Assembly: GCA_946548575.1 (NCBI GenBank) | Contig: CAMNPT010000001.1 | Span: 48,282 to 112,281, forward strand | Direction of reading: 5' to 3' | DNA from: an uncultured Clostridium sp. | GTDB lineage: Bacteria > Bacillota > Clostridia > TANB77 > CAG-508 | DNA length: 64,000 nt | Shown here: positions 1 through 10,824 of the stretch, piece after piece | How the letters are laid out: every line of letters starts with the position of its first letter | Numbering within the stretch: position 1 is the first letter of the stretch | Notes under the pieces: generated by a model | What the model was told of the DNA's origin: nothing | Database searches by the model: none | The model's input: the letters and a program-made list of their open reading frames with translations, nothing else | Position numbers and translations under genes: made by a program

Positions 1-71
1 TTTCTCCCTTCAGTTTTTTTGTATATTTACTTTTTAAATCTTTAATATATTACGATAGTTTTTGTTATTTG

Positions 72-665
72 TCAAGACAATAATATTTTTTTACTACCTT
101 TCATGTAATCAAGACCAGAAAATATAGTTGCAATTGTTTGTATAATCATTAATAAGGTAACAATAAGATTTAACACCATATCTCCACCTTGTAATACTCC
201 TGAAAAACATTCACCGAATTTATTTAAATCTAAAAATGCTAAAATTATTGCAATCATCTGTGTTACAGTCTTTAGTTTACCCCATTTTGAGGCTGCTATT
301 ACATTTCCACCTTTTTGTTCTGCAACTAATCTGTATCCTGATATTATAAATTCTCTAAATAGCACTATGCTTGGAATCCATGCTGGTAATTTTTGCATTT
401 CTACTAACATTATCATAGCAACTAAAACTAATATTTTGTCAGCTATTGGATCTAAAAATTTTCCAAATGTAGTTACTTCATTGTTTTTTCTTGCTAAATA
501 TCCATCTAATTTATCTGTGATTGATGCAATCACAAATATTATATCTATTATTATCCATTCAATTGGTATCCCAAAAAATCTTCCATCTATTCCTAAAAAA
601 GGTATTATAACCATTATTGGTACTAATATTATTCTAAATATAGTTAATTTATTCGGTAAATTCAT
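72..665 (-). CDS. pgsA: CDP-diacylglycerol--glycerol-3-phosphate 3-phosphatidyltransferase
   Basis: CDP-alcohol phosphatidyltransferase motif DKLDGYLAR...FGKFLDPIADK; multi-TM; 197 aa. Confidence 0.85.
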   Translation of the reverse strand: MNLPNKLTIFRIILVPIMVIIPFLGIDGRFFGIPIEWIIIDIIFVIASITDKLDGYLARKNNEVTTFGKFLDPIADKILVLVAMIMLVEMQKLPAWIPSIVLFREFIISGYRLVAEQKGGNVIAASKWGKLKTVTQMIAIILAFLDLNKFGECFSGVLQGGDMVLNLIVTLLMIIQTIATIFSGLDYMKGSKKILLS

Positions 666-704
666 TTTCTCATTCCTTTCGCCATATAAAATAAATGATT
701 ATAA

Positions 705-1940
705 TTAATTATTTTTTTCATTTAAAATTTCAATAGCTTTTTTCAATTGTGTATCATCTTTCTCTTCTATATTTAATACATTTTTTACCGTATCTGGTAG
801 TTTAACATTTGAATCTGGCTCTATTCCAATTTTATTAATTTTAGTTTTATTTGGAGTTAAATATTCTTCACATGTAATTTTTAATCCACTACCATCTGGT
901 AAAGTTAATAATTGTTGAATTACACCTTTTCCATAAGTTTTTTCTCCTACTATTACAGCTTTACCATTGTCTTTTAAAGCTCCAGCTAGTATTTCAGATG
1001 AACTTGCAGTATTTCCATTTGTTAAGATTACAGTTGGCACATTAACTATTGGATCTTCTTTAGACTTCATTATTTTTTCATTATTATTTTTATCAACTTC
1101 ATATAAGATTACTTTATCTTTTTCTAATATGTAATCAGCAATTTCTAATGCTTCGTCTACAATTCCGCCACCATTATTTCTTAAATCTATTATAAGTGAC
1201 TTTATATTTTGTTTTTGTAATTCTTCATATTTACTTTTAAATTCTTCAGATGTATTTTCATCAAAAGAAGTAAATTCAATATAACCAATATTTTTATTTA
1301 TTACTTTTCCTTCTACTGGATTTATTCTTATATTTTCTCTTATTAATTGAAACTCTTTAGTTTCTGTTCCTCTTAAAATTTGTATTTTAACAGTAGAACC
1401 AGCCTCTCCTTTTATTTTATTAGCTGCAACAGACATTTCATCTGCCGTGTATTGAATATCATCTACTGATATAATTAAATCACCTGGCAAAATTCCTGCT
1501 TTTTCTGCAGGACTTCCTTTTATTGATGATAAAACCATAATTTTATTTTTCTCTGTATCTTTTACCATATATATACCAATACCAACAAAATTTCCAGTTG
1601 TATCATCTAGAAAATCTTTCATCTTATCTTTTGATATATATTCAGTATACGGATCATTTAAGCCTTCGATATATCCTTTTATTGCTCCTTCTTCAAGTTT
1701 TTCTTCATTAACTTCACCTAAAAAATATTTATCAATAAGTTTTTTATATTTTTCTAATTTAGTTGATATATCTCCACTATTACCTATCAAAGAACTTATA
1801 TCTGATTTATTTGTACCTATGCTATTGTTTGATATTAAATATTTATACATTCCTATGGTTGTTAATAAAAAAGTAATAAAAGCTACTAAAGCTATTAACA
1901 TTATGACCTTATATACTTTAAATCTCTTTTTTTCTTCCAT
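705..1940 (-). CDS. ctpA: carboxy-terminal processing protease (S41 peptidase with PDZ domain)
   Basis: N-terminal TM, PDZ-like region, S41 core with GNTASSSEILAGAL and LIIDLRNNGGG. Confidence 0.8.
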   Translation of the reverse strand: MEEKKRFKVYKVIMLIALVAFITFLLTTIGMYKYLISNNSIGTNKSDISSLIGNSGDISTKLEKYKKLIDKYFLGEVNEEKLEEGAIKGYIEGLNDPYTEYISKDKMKDFLDDTTGNFVGIGIYMVKDTEKNKIMVLSSIKGSPAEKAGILPGDLIISVDDIQYTADEMSVAANKIKGEAGSTVKIQILRGTETKEFQLIRENIRINPVEGKVINKNIGYIEFTSFDENTSEEFKSKYEELQKQNIKSLIIDLRNNGGGIVDEALEIADYILEKDKVILYEVDKNNNEKIMKSKEDPIVNVPTVILTNGNTASSSEILAGALKDNGKAVIVGEKTYGKGVIQQLLTLPDGSGLKITCEEYLTPNKTKINKIGIEPDSNVKLPDTVKNVLNIEEKDDTQLKKAIEILNEKNN

Positions 1941-1976
1941 TTGCTTTCATCCCTTTTCAAATTTTATTCAAACATT

Positions 1977-3188
1977 CTATAAATAATTCCTTGGATCTTG
2001 TCTACAAGCATATGTTCCTGGACTAGTTCTCACTTCGAAATGTAAGTGTGGACCTGTTGAATTTCCCGTTGAACCAACTCTCATTATTTGTTGTCCTTGT
2101 TTTACTGTATCTCCTGCAGATACTGTTCTTGAACCATCTTGTCCATGTGCATATAGTGTATATAGACCATTATAATGTGCAATTAATATGTAATTTCCAT
2201 AACTTCCACTTAATCTTGTTGATGTTACAACATATCCATCTGCTACTGCATATACTGGTTGACCATTTATACCACCTGTTCCAAAATCAACAGCTCCATG
2301 AAAATGACCACTTTTATAATACATACCTGTTGTTATAGTTGTATATCCAGATGGTACAGGGTAAATAAATCCTGATGAGCCCGCAGATGTTGGAGTTCCA
2401 CTTGAACCTGATTTACCTGAATTTGATGATCTTCTTGCAGCTTCTTCTTGTGCTCTTTTTATAGCTGCTTGTGCTGCTTGAATTTGACTATCTATTGATT
2501 TATTTGCCTCTCTTAATTCATCTATTTGTTGTTGTAATTTTTTCTCATCTTCAGATAATTTTTCCACTTGTTCATCTTTCTCAGCTTTTGCAGTTTTTAA
2601 TTGTACTGTTGCACTTTGTTTACTAGCTTTAGAAGTATCTAATTCTCTTTTACTGTTTTCTAAATCTTCTTTAGCTTTTTGTATTTCCTCTTTTTGTTTT
2701 TGAATCTTTTCTAATAATTCAGTATCTTTTGTTGTTACTTCTGATATTAAATAATAGTTTGAAATTAAATCTGTTATACTATCAGAAGATAAAAGGAAAT
2801 CTAAGTAAGATGTTTCCCCTGCTTCTTGCATAGTAACTAATCTTGACTCTAGTAATTCCTCTTGATTTGTATAATCCTCTTGTGCCTTATTTAGTTTTTG
2901 TTCTGATTCAGATATCTTGTTGTTTAAATTACTAATTTTTGCATCAAGTTCATCAATTTGCTTTTGATAATCATTAATTTGATTATTAAGTTTGTTTACT
3001 TCATCTACAGTTTTATTTTTTTGTTCTGTAACTTCTTCTTTTTTCTCGTTAGCTTCATTAATTTTTTCCTGATTTTCTTGTTTTTGACTATTTAATTGAC
3101 TAGTACTTGCAGCTAAAGAAACTCCTCCTTGCATTAACATTATTAATACTAAACAAACCCCTAAAAATTTTAAAACTAAACTTTTCAT
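1977..3188 (-). CDS. M23 family metallopeptidase with N-terminal coiled coil (PcsB/EnvC-like)
   Basis: signal peptide, long coiled coil, C-terminal M23 motifs HGAVDF...GSTGNSTGPHLHFEV. Confidence 0.8.
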   Translation of the reverse strand: MKSLVLKFLGVCLVLIMLMQGGVSLAASTSQLNSQKQENQEKINEANEKKEEVTEQKNKTVDEVNKLNNQINDYQKQIDELDAKISNLNNKISESEQKLNKAQEDYTNQEELLESRLVTMQEAGETSYLDFLLSSDSITDLISNYYLISEVTTKDTELLEKIQKQKEEIQKAKEDLENSKRELDTSKASKQSATVQLKTAKAEKDEQVEKLSEDEKKLQQQIDELREANKSIDSQIQAAQAAIKRAQEEAARRSSNSGKSGSSGTPTSAGSSGFIYPVPSGYTTITTGMYYKSGHFHGAVDFGTGGINGQPVYAVADGYVVTSTRLSGSYGNYILIAHYNGLYTLYAHGQDGSRTVSAGDTVKQGQQIMRVGSTGNSTGPHLHFEVRTSPGTYACRQDPRNYL

Positions 3189-3218
3189 AAGTTCCTCCTA
3201 TTTTTACTTTTACCCATT

Positions 3219-4497
3219 TTAATTTTGCGTATTAGTATTTTGTGTGTCATTTTGTTCATCTGTTTTGTTTTCATTTTTCTCTTCGTCTTTTTTGCTAGCA
3301 TCTGGTATTAAACCATTTGTTATGTATGGCATTGGATCTGTAACAACCCCATTTAGCCTTACTTCAAAATGTGCATGTGCACCTGTAGAATATCCTGTTG
3401 AACCAACCTTTAGTACAGATTCTCCTCTTTTTACAGTTTGTCCGAACTTCTACTAAAATTTCTGAACCATGTGCATATAAAGTAGAAACTCCTCCTCCAT
3501 GGTCTATTATTACCATATTTCCATAAGCAGAATTGAACGCTGCTTTTGTAACAATTCCATCATTTGCAGCTATGAAATTAGCTCCCATTGGCGCACTGAT
3601 ATCTACACCTGTATGTAATTTTGTATAATGTAATATTGGGTGAAATCTCATCCCATATTTTGAACTTATTCTTGTATAACCCGGAACAGGCCAAGCAAGT
3701 TCTCCACCTATATATTTTGAATCTATTCCTTCTAAAGCTTGTGCTAAGATTTCTCTATTTATTTCATTAAATCTTGCATTATACTCATCTATTTGAGTCT
3801 GTAATTCTTTTTCTTGATCAGATAATTTTTCAATAAAATTTTGTCTAACTGTTTTTGTATTTTCAAGAATTTTGGCTGTTTTTGTTTGATTTGATTTTAT
3901 TGTACTTAAATTATTTTGTCTATTTTCAATTTCTTTTTTTGATTTTTCAATTTCTTCTTTTTTTGTTTGCATTTCCTCTAATAATTCACTATCTCTAGTT
4001 GCAAGTTCTGTTATAAGGAAATAATTGGATAAAAACTCAGAAACACTTTTAGAACTTAAGATAACATCTAAGTATTGTGTATCACTAGATTCATAAACTG
4101 CAATCAATCTACTGTCTAGTAATTTTTTTTGTTTTTTAAAGTTTTCTTCAGCTACATTTAATTTAGCTTTTACTTCATCCATTGTACTTTGTAATTTTAC
4201 AATTTCAACATTTAGTTCATCCAATTCTTGTTGTGATTTTTCTATTTTTTCATCCAACTTTTCAATTTGTTGTAGATTTTGTGACAATTCACTTTGAACA
4301 TTTTCTAATTCATCACTTTTTTCATTTATTTGTTCTTGTAATTTTTTTTGTTCATCTTGTATGTTTGTTTGTCCTTCACTATCTTCAGCATAAATATATG
4401 TAAAAATACTAAAACTACAAATTATAAAAGCTAAAAATATACATAAATTTTTATTCATATTCTCCCCATTAATTAATAAATGATATTTATTTTTCAA
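3219..4497 (-). CDS. second coiled-coil M23 metallopeptidase, disrupted by a single-base frameshift (extra base at + strand 3444)
   Basis: ORF 3364..4497 ends in nonsense tail; alternate frame continues VEVGQTVKRGESVLKVGSTGYSTGAHAHFEVRLNGVVTDPMPYITNG to a stop at 3219; gene sense reads gtt-C-gga. Confidence 0.75.
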
Positions 4498-4498
4498 A

Positions 4499-5425
4499 TT
4501 AAACTTTTAAGTATTTTCTCATAGAAATAACACTACCAATTGCACCAATTCCTATTCCAAGTAACATATATGTAAATATAATAGAACTGAACATATCAGA
4601 AAAACTTATTAAGCTCATATTAATTACTTGCATAAACTTTGAATTAACAATTTGTTCAGCTAAGAAACTATAAGCTAATCCAACAACCACTATTGATATA
4701 CTACTAGCTAATAATCCAATAATCATACCTTCTACAATAAACGGCCATCTAATAAAGCTATTTGTTGCTCCAACATATTTCATAATAGATATTTCTTTTC
4801 TTCTTGCATGTACTGTAAGTTTTATTGTATTTGCAATAATAAATATAGATATTATAACTAATAAAACTAAGATTACTCCAGTTACAATTTTTATTCCATT
4901 AGCTAAATCTATTAATGTTGAAACGGTTTCATCTTTACTTGTTATTTTTTTCACATAATCAAAAGTTAAAATTTGGTCTTGTACTTGTTTACTTTGATTT
5001 AGATCTGTTAGTGTAACAACATAAGATGCTGTAAATATATTGTTTTCTCCTTCATATCCTTCTAACAAATCTTTTTTATCTCCAAATTTTTCTTTCATTT
5101 GGTCTAATGCTTGTTCTTTAGAAACAAATTCAGTTGTACTTACTCCATCTATTTTTCTGATTTTCTCGCCTAATTTCTCTATTTCTTCTTGATTTGCTTC
5201 ATTTTTTATAAAAACTTGAATTCCTTGTGCAGATTCTATTTCTTTTACAAAATAATTTATATTTTCACTAAGTATTAAAAAAACTCCAAATATTATCATT
5301 GTTGCACACATAATCATAAGTGATGCACCTGTTGATTTTTTGTTTTTGAATACGTTACTAAATCCTTCTCCTATTAAATATCCTAATCTGTTATATCTCA
5401 TAATCATACCCACCTCTTTTATCAT
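4499..5425 (-). CDS. ftsX: cell division permease-like protein FtsX (true start probably at MRYNRLGY, ~5401)
   Basis: FtsX topology: N-terminal TM, large extracellular loop, three C-terminal TMs; directly downstream of ftsE. Confidence 0.8.
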   Translation of the reverse strand: MIKEVGMIMRYNRLGYLIGEGFSNVFKNKKSTGASLMIMCATMIIFGVFLILSENINYFVKEIESAQGIQVFIKNEANQEEIEKLGEKIRKIDGVSTTEFVSKEQALDQMKEKFGDKKDLLEGYEGENNIFTASYVVTLTDLNQSKQVQDQILTFDYVKKITSKDETVSTLIDLANGIKIVTGVILVLLVIISIFIIANTIKLTVHARRKEISIMKYVGATNSFIRWPFIVEGMIIGLLASSISIVVVGLAYSFLAEQIVNSKFMQVINMSLISFSDMFSSIIFTYMLLGIGIGAIGSVISMRKYLKV

Positions 5426-6077
5426 CTCTTATGATTTCGCCTTTACGAATATGGATAACTCTTTTTTTCATTTGATCTACTATATCTTTTGCATGTGTTG
5501 CAACAACTACTGTAGTTCCTCTCATATTAATATCATTTAATAAATTCATAATATCCCATGCTGTTTCTGGATCCAAATTTCCTGTTGGCTCATCTGCAAT
5601 TAACATTGATGGGTTATTTACTAATGCTCTTGCTAAAGCAACTCTTTGTTGTTCTCCACCTGATAGTTCATTTGGATACATTTTTGCTTTACCACTTAAT
5701 CCTACAAGTGATAAAACCATTGGTACTTGCCTTCTTATATGTCTTGGTGTTGCTCTTACTATATACATAGCATATGCTACATTGTCATATACTGTTTTAT
5801 CTGGTAAAAGTCTAAAATCTTGAAATACAACTCCCATACTTCTTCTTAAATATGGAATTCTACTTGGTTTTAAAAAAGTTGTATCCTTTCCATTTATTAT
5901 TATATTACCACTAGTTGGTTCTTCTTCTTTTAATATTAATTTTATTAATGTAGATTTACCACTTCCTGATGAACCTACTAAAAACGCAAATTCTCCTTTT
6001 TCAATAATGAAATTTGCATTTTTAACAGCTTTTGTACCTGTATCATAGGTTTTATTAACATTTCTAAATTCTATCAT
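5391..6077 (-). CDS. ftsE: cell division ATP-binding protein FtsE
   Basis: ABC ATPase Walker A GSSGSGKST, signature LSGGEQQRVALARAL, Walker B LIADEPT; 228 aa. Confidence 0.85.
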   Translation of the reverse strand: MIEFRNVNKTYDTGTKAVKNANFIIEKGEFAFLVGSSGSGKSTLIKLILKEEEPTSGNIIINGKDTTFLKPSRIPYLRRSMGVVFQDFRLLPDKTVYDNVAYAMYIVRATPRHIRRQVPMVLSLVGLSGKAKMYPNELSGGEQQRVALARALVNNPSMLIADEPTGNLDPETAWDIMNLLNDINMRGTTVVVATHAKDIVDQMKKRVIHIRKGEIIRDDKRGGYDYEI

Positions 6078-6185
6078 TTTTAGTATGCTCCTTACTTTTT
6101 CGCATATTTTTTCTATTCTACATTATCATAACAATAAAATCGTTTTTTTTCAAGGTTTTTCGCAAAAAAAATTATGTCATTTATG

Positions 6186-7112
6186 TTACAAATATTGATT
6201 AATAATATCTTGAGAAGTAATATGAAAATATTCCATTAATTTTTCTGCTTTTCCAGATTTTCCAAATGTATCATTTATCCCTAGTCTAATTAATTTCGTA
6301 GGATATTCTGTTGTTAATACTTCTGATATTGCAGAACCTAATCCTCCTATAATATTATGGTCCTCTATTGATATTAGTTTTTTTGTTTCTTTTGCACTTT
6401 TTATTATAATTTCCTTATCTATTGGCTTTATTGTATGAATATCTATAACTCTAATATTGATACCTTGCTCTTTTAGTATTTGTTGTGCTTTTAGTGCTTC
6501 TGCTACTGTTACTCCTGTTGCGAATACCGTTCCGTCTGTTCCCTCACCTATTTGAACTCCTTTACCTATTTCAAATTTGTATTCTTTCTCATATATGACA
6601 GGTGTTGCTAATCTTGCTAGTCTTAAATACACTGGTCCTTCTTTTTTAGATATTTCTTTAACCGCCCATTTAGCTTGAGTATCATCTGATACTGATATAA
6701 CAGTCATATTTGGCAAAGTCCTCATCATTGATAAATCTTCTATCATTTGGTGTGTTGCACCATCTTCACCTACAGTAATACCACTATGTGTTGCACAAAT
6801 CTTTACATTTAATTTTGGATAACATATACTACTTCTTATTTGGTCATAGCTTCTTCCTGCAGCAAATACTGCAAATGTGCTTACATAAGGGATTTTTTTA
6901 CAAGTTGCAAATCCTGCAGCTGTTGCCATTTCATTTGCTTCAGCTATTCCCATATCAAAAAATCTTTCTGGAAATTCTTTTGCAAATAATTCAGTTTTTG
7001 TAGCTCCTGCTAAATCCGCATCTAAAACTACGATATTTTTGTTTTCCTTTCCTAGCTCTAAAAGAGCTTCTCCATAACTTTGGCGTGTAGCCTTTTTTAT
7101 TTCTAAATTCAT
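6186..7112 (-). CDS. transketolase, C-terminal (pyrimidine-binding) subunit
   Basis: transketolase Pyr/C-terminal domains; pairs with the N-terminal subunit gene upstream. Confidence 0.8.
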   Translation of the reverse strand: MNLEIKKATRQSYGEALLELGKENKNIVVLDADLAGATKTELFAKEFPERFFDMGIAEANEMATAAGFATCKKIPYVSTFAVFAAGRSYDQIRSSICYPKLNVKICATHSGITVGEDGATHQMIEDLSMMRTLPNMTVISVSDDTQAKWAVKEISKKEGPVYLRLARLATPVIYEKEYKFEIGKGVQIGEGTDGTVFATGVTVAEALKAQQILKEQGINIRVIDIHTIKPIDKEIIIKSAKETKKLISIEDHNIIGGLGSAISEVLTTEYPTKLIRLGINDTFGKSGKAEKLMEYFHITSQDIINQYL

Positions 7113-7139
7113 AATTTTATCTCCTCTTTAAATTTAATC

Positions 7140-7967
7140 TTATTCTTCTAACTCTTTCATAGCTTGTTCAAATTGTTCTTCATTAGGTGCTTTTCCATGC
7201 CATTGAACTTGATTTTCCATAAAAGATATTCCTTTACCTTTTATGGTTTTTGCAATAATGCATGTAGGTTTACCTTTTATTTCTTTTGCAACTTCAAATG
7301 CCTTTATAATTTCATCTATATTATGACCATCTATATGAATTACTTGAAATCCAAAACTTCTAAATTTTTCATCTATCGGATATGAATTCATTACTTTATT
7401 TATTTCACCATCAATTTGTAAATTATTATTATCTATAATTACACACAAATTATCTAATTTATAGTGACTTGCAGCCATTGCAGATTCCCAAACCTGTCCT
7501 TCTTCTATTTCGCCATCTCCCATGATACAATAAACTCTATAATCTTTTTTATCTAGTTTACCAGCTAGAGCCATTCCATTTGATACAGATAATCCTTGTC
7601 CTAGTGAACCACTTGTCATATCTACACCTGGAATCTTTACCATATCTGGATGACCTTGTAGCATTCCATCAATATTTCTAAATTTATCAAGTTCTGAAAT
7701 ATCAAAAAATCCTCTATTTGCTAAGCATGAATATAAAACTGGTGAACAATGTCCTTTTGACAAAACTAATCTGTCTCTATTTTCCCATTTTGGATTTTTT
7801 TCATCAATATTTAATTCTTTAAAATATAATACTGTTAGTATATCTGCAATAGATAAAGAACCGCCTGGATGTCCAGATTTATTACTATATACTGCCTGTA
7901 TAATTCCTCTTCTTACACGTTTTGCCATATTTTCTAATTCTTTTATTTCTTCCACATTATCACTCAC
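7140..7967 (-). CDS. transketolase, N-terminal (TPP-binding) subunit
   Basis: TPP-binding GDG...N motif region GHPGGSLS, CIMGDGEIEEG; naturally split two-gene transketolase. Confidence 0.8.
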   Translation of the reverse strand: MSDNVEEIKELENMAKRVRRGIIQAVYSNKSGHPGGSLSIADILTVLYFKELNIDEKNPKWENRDRLVLSKGHCSPVLYSCLANRGFFDISELDKFRNIDGMLQGHPDMVKIPGVDMTSGSLGQGLSVSNGMALAGKLDKKDYRVYCIMGDGEIEEGQVWESAMAASHYKLDNLCVIIDNNNLQIDGEINKVMNSYPIDEKFRSFGFQVIHIDGHNIDEIIKAFEVAKEIKGKPTCIIAKTIKGKGISFMENQVQWHGKAPNEEQFEQAMKELEE

Positions 7968-8050
7968 CTTTCATTTACTTTTATAATATATCATATTTAA
8001 CATTATTTTACTACTTATTTATCAATTTTTTCATCAAAAAATAAACATTG

Positions 8051-8079
8051 TTGTAAAATATAAAATTTCATAATATAAT
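8051..8079 (+). promoter_or_regulatory. sigma-A type promoter for pepV (TTGTAA-17-TATAAT)
   Basis: TTGTAA at 8051, 17 nt spacer, TATAAT at 8074, about 30 nt upstream of the RBS/ATG. Confidence 0.5.
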
Positions 8080-8109
8080 AAAAATATAAAATATGAAAGG
8101 ACTGATTTT

Positions 8110-9513
8110 ATGTTGAATAATTATATTGATAATCTAAAAGATGAAATTATTAAAAAAACTCAAGAATTAATTCAAATTCCAAGTGTTGATTCCATTTGTG
8201 TAAATCAAATGCATCCTTTCGGTGAAAATGCAAATAAAGCTTTGGAATATATTTTAGAATTAGGAAAATCCTTAGGCTTTAGAACAAAAAATGTAGATGG
8301 ATATTGTGGTTTTATAGAATTTGGAGAAGGTAATGACTTAATTGGAATTATTGGACATTTAGATGTTGTACCAGAAGGTGAAAATTGGACTTTTCCTCCT
8401 TTTAGTGGAACTATATATGATAATAAAATATATGGTAGAGGTGCTATTGATGATAAAGGACCTGTTATCGCTTCACTTTATGCAATGAAAGCAGTTATGG
8501 ATAATTATAAAATAAATAAAAGAGTTAGACTAATTTTAGGTTTAAATGAAGAAAAAAATTGGAAATGTATCAATTATTATAAAGAACATGAAGAAATTCC
8601 AAAAATAGGATTTAGTCCTGATGCTGATTTTCCTGTTATTTATGCAGAAAAATCTATTATCACTTCATATTTTAAAGAACATTATGTTGATAAGAATTCA
8701 GATTTATTTATTAAAGAAATAGATTGTAATAATGCTATAAATGTTGTTCCAAAAATATGTAGTTGCATCTTGAAAATAAATTCTGAAAAGATTACAATGG
8801 ATAATTTAATACATGATATTCAAAATATTTTAAATAATTATGACTATGAAATAGATATTTATAAAATTAGTAATGACGAATTAAAACTCACTTCACATGG
8901 TATTCAAGCACATAGCGCACATCCTAATCTTGGAGTTAATGCAATTTCTAGATTAATTATTATTTTAAATGACATTTTTAATAAATATAACTCACCAATA
9001 GAAATTTTTAATTTCTTTAGTAAGTATATCGGCATTCAGTATAATGGTGAAAATCTAAATATAAATGTTAAAGATGAATCCGGAATTCTTACTTTAAATG
9101 TTGGTGATTTTACTTTAAAAGATAATGTTTTATCTATTGGATTAAATATCAGAATTCCAATAAATACTACTATTGCCGATATAGAAAATAAAATAATTAC
9201 AATAACTAAAAATTATTCTAATTTATCTTTTGCAACAACACATCAAATTCCTAGCTTATTTATACCAAAAGATAATCACCTGATTAAGACACTTTGTAAA
9301 ATTTATAATGAGGAAACAAATTCAAATGAAGAACCTATTGCAATTGGAGGTGCAACTTTTGCAAGAGCTTTCCCAAATTGTGTTTCTTTTGGGGCAAATC
9401 TTGCCCATCAGAAAGACATGTGTCATCAAACAGATGAATTTATTACAATAGATAATTTAATAATTGCTTGTAAAATATATGCAAAAGCAATAAAAACTTT
9501 AGCAGATTCTTAA
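8110..9513 (+). CDS. pepV: M20 family dipeptidase (peptidase V-like)
   Basis: M20/ArgE/DapE motifs IGHLDVVP, GRGAIDDKGP; 467 aa typical of PepV/Sapep. Confidence 0.8.
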   Translation: MLNNYIDNLKDEIIKKTQELIQIPSVDSICVNQMHPFGENANKALEYILELGKSLGFRTKNVDGYCGFIEFGEGNDLIGIIGHLDVVPEGENWTFPPFSGTIYDNKIYGRGAIDDKGPVIASLYAMKAVMDNYKINKRVRLILGLNEEKNWKCINYYKEHEEIPKIGFSPDADFPVIYAEKSIITSYFKEHYVDKNSDLFIKEIDCNNAINVVPKICSCILKINSEKITMDNLIHDIQNILNNYDYEIDIYKISNDELKLTSHGIQAHSAHPNLGVNAISRLIIILNDIFNKYNSPIEIFNFFSKYIGIQYNGENLNINVKDESGILTLNVGDFTLKDNVLSIGLNIRIPINTTIADIENKIITITKNYSNLSFATTHQIPSLFIPKDNHLIKTLCKIYNEETNSNEEPIAIGGATFARAFPNCVSFGANLAHQKDMCHQTDEFITIDNLIIACKIYAKAIKTLADS

Positions 9514-9529
9514 TGCTAAAGTTTTTTAT
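9493..9529 (+). terminator. rho-independent terminator of pepV
   Basis: hairpin AAACTTTAGCA...TGCTAAAGTTT followed by a T-run; overlaps the stop codon. Confidence 0.6.
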
Positions 9530-9546
9530 TATATAAAATATAAAAT

Positions 9547-9735
9547 CCCCGCCTTAGCCGTCAGATGTTTGAATTTTTAAGGACCTGCTCCTAAAAACAG
9601 GTGGGTGCCTACCTAGATATTCCTGGGCTTCTCACTATATAATGTAAGCTTGCACGCCATATCCAGAGAGTTGGCCCCTCTTTATATGTGTTGGTTCTAA
9701 AAATTCTGTCTATACGCACTACGCAGGGTAAAATT
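9547..9735. ncRNA. GC-rich (~45% GC) ~190 nt candidate structured RNA between convergent genes; identity unresolved (6S RNA-like size; not tRNA, tmRNA or RNase P)
   Basis: sharp GC island in ~27% GC context with no ORF; preceded on + strand by TATAAAAT boxes and flanked on the minus side by TTGTAA-17-TAGAAT; terminator hairpins on both sides. Confidence 0.4.
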
Positions 9736-9933
9736 ATTAACTTATTTTTTTATTATTCTTATTCTACCATACATTAATTTTATTTACAACTAATATTATT
9801 TATTTAAATATTTCTATTTTTTTATTTAAATCATCTAAACTCTCTTTTTTTGTTTTTTTCTCACTTAATCTCACTTTTTCACATCTTGATTTTCATTATA
9901 AAATATGTTAAAATTAGTTAAGATTTGTGGGGA

Positions 9934-9967
9934 AAAAAGTAGTTAATAAGCTACTTTTTTTATTTTT
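9934..9967. terminator. bidirectional terminator hairpin (AAAAAGTAG-loop-CTACTTTTT)
   Basis: perfect 9 bp stem flanked by A/T runs on both strands; downstream of hlyIII. Confidence 0.6.
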
Positions 9968-10640
9968 ACATTACATATAATAATATACAGAAAAATTGCA
10001 ATATACTTCCTAATAAAATAAACAAATGAAATATTGAATGCATATATTTGTGTTTTTTTCCAACAGCATAAATAATTGCACCTACTGTATATGCTATACC
10101 TCCTGCAACTAATAAAATTAGTCCATTAATTCCTAATATTTTTGGTAATAAACTTGCTTTTATAATAATACACCATCCCATTACCAAATAACATATCATA
10201 GAAAATACTTTGAATTTTTTTATATCAATTGAATTTAAAACAATTCCTAATATAGCTACACCCCATATTATTCCAAAAATTGTCCATCCTGCTATTGAAT
10301 CTACATTCCTAATAGAACATAATGCAAATGGTGTATATGAACCTGCAATAAGTAAAAAAATTGAACAATGATCTAATACTTGAAATACTTTTTTTGCATA
10401 TTTAGTTGGACTTAATCCATGATAAATACTTGACATTGTATATAAAATAATCATTGTAGCACCATAAATTGCACCACTTACAACACCATATACATTATGA
10501 TGAACTGCTGCAAATATAACACATAATACTGTAGCGACTATTCCAAGTACTCCTCCAACTATGTGTGAAGTCATATTAAATATTTCTTCTCCTTTTGTAT
10601 ATGTTGGTAATATTCTATCTTTTAATTTAGTTCTATTCAT
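9966..10640 (-). CDS. hemolysin III / PAQR family channel protein
   Basis: 7-TM protein with the HlyIII conserved His motifs; 224 aa. Confidence 0.8.
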   Translation of the reverse strand: MNRTKLKDRILPTYTKGEEIFNMTSHIVGGVLGIVATVLCVIFAAVHHNVYGVVSGAIYGATMIILYTMSSIYHGLSPTKYAKKVFQVLDHCSIFLLIAGSYTPFALCSIRNVDSIAGWTIFGIIWGVAILGIVLNSIDIKKFKVFSMICYLVMGWCIIIKASLLPKILGINGLILLVAGGIAYTVGAIIYAVGKKHKYMHSIFHLFILLGSILQFFCILLYVM

Positions 10641-10824
10641 ATTTATTCCTCACTTTTTCTTCGTTTTGTCTTTGTAATTATAACATACAATGTATTCTAT
10701 TTAAAGTTAATTTTAAAAAAATTACAAGTTTTTGCTATTCTTTTTTAATTTAATTTACGTAATATCGTTTGTTCTTTACATAATTTAGAGGTTCATATAC
10801 ATAATATTATTATTTGTATCTTAA

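Noticed and set aside
6186-7967. Transketolase encoded as two ORFs, which looks like a frameshift or pseudogene
   Set aside because: The N-terminal and C-terminal halves are a common natural two-subunit arrangement. The ORFs are separated by a clean 27 nt gap, with no frame overlap or CGGA context.
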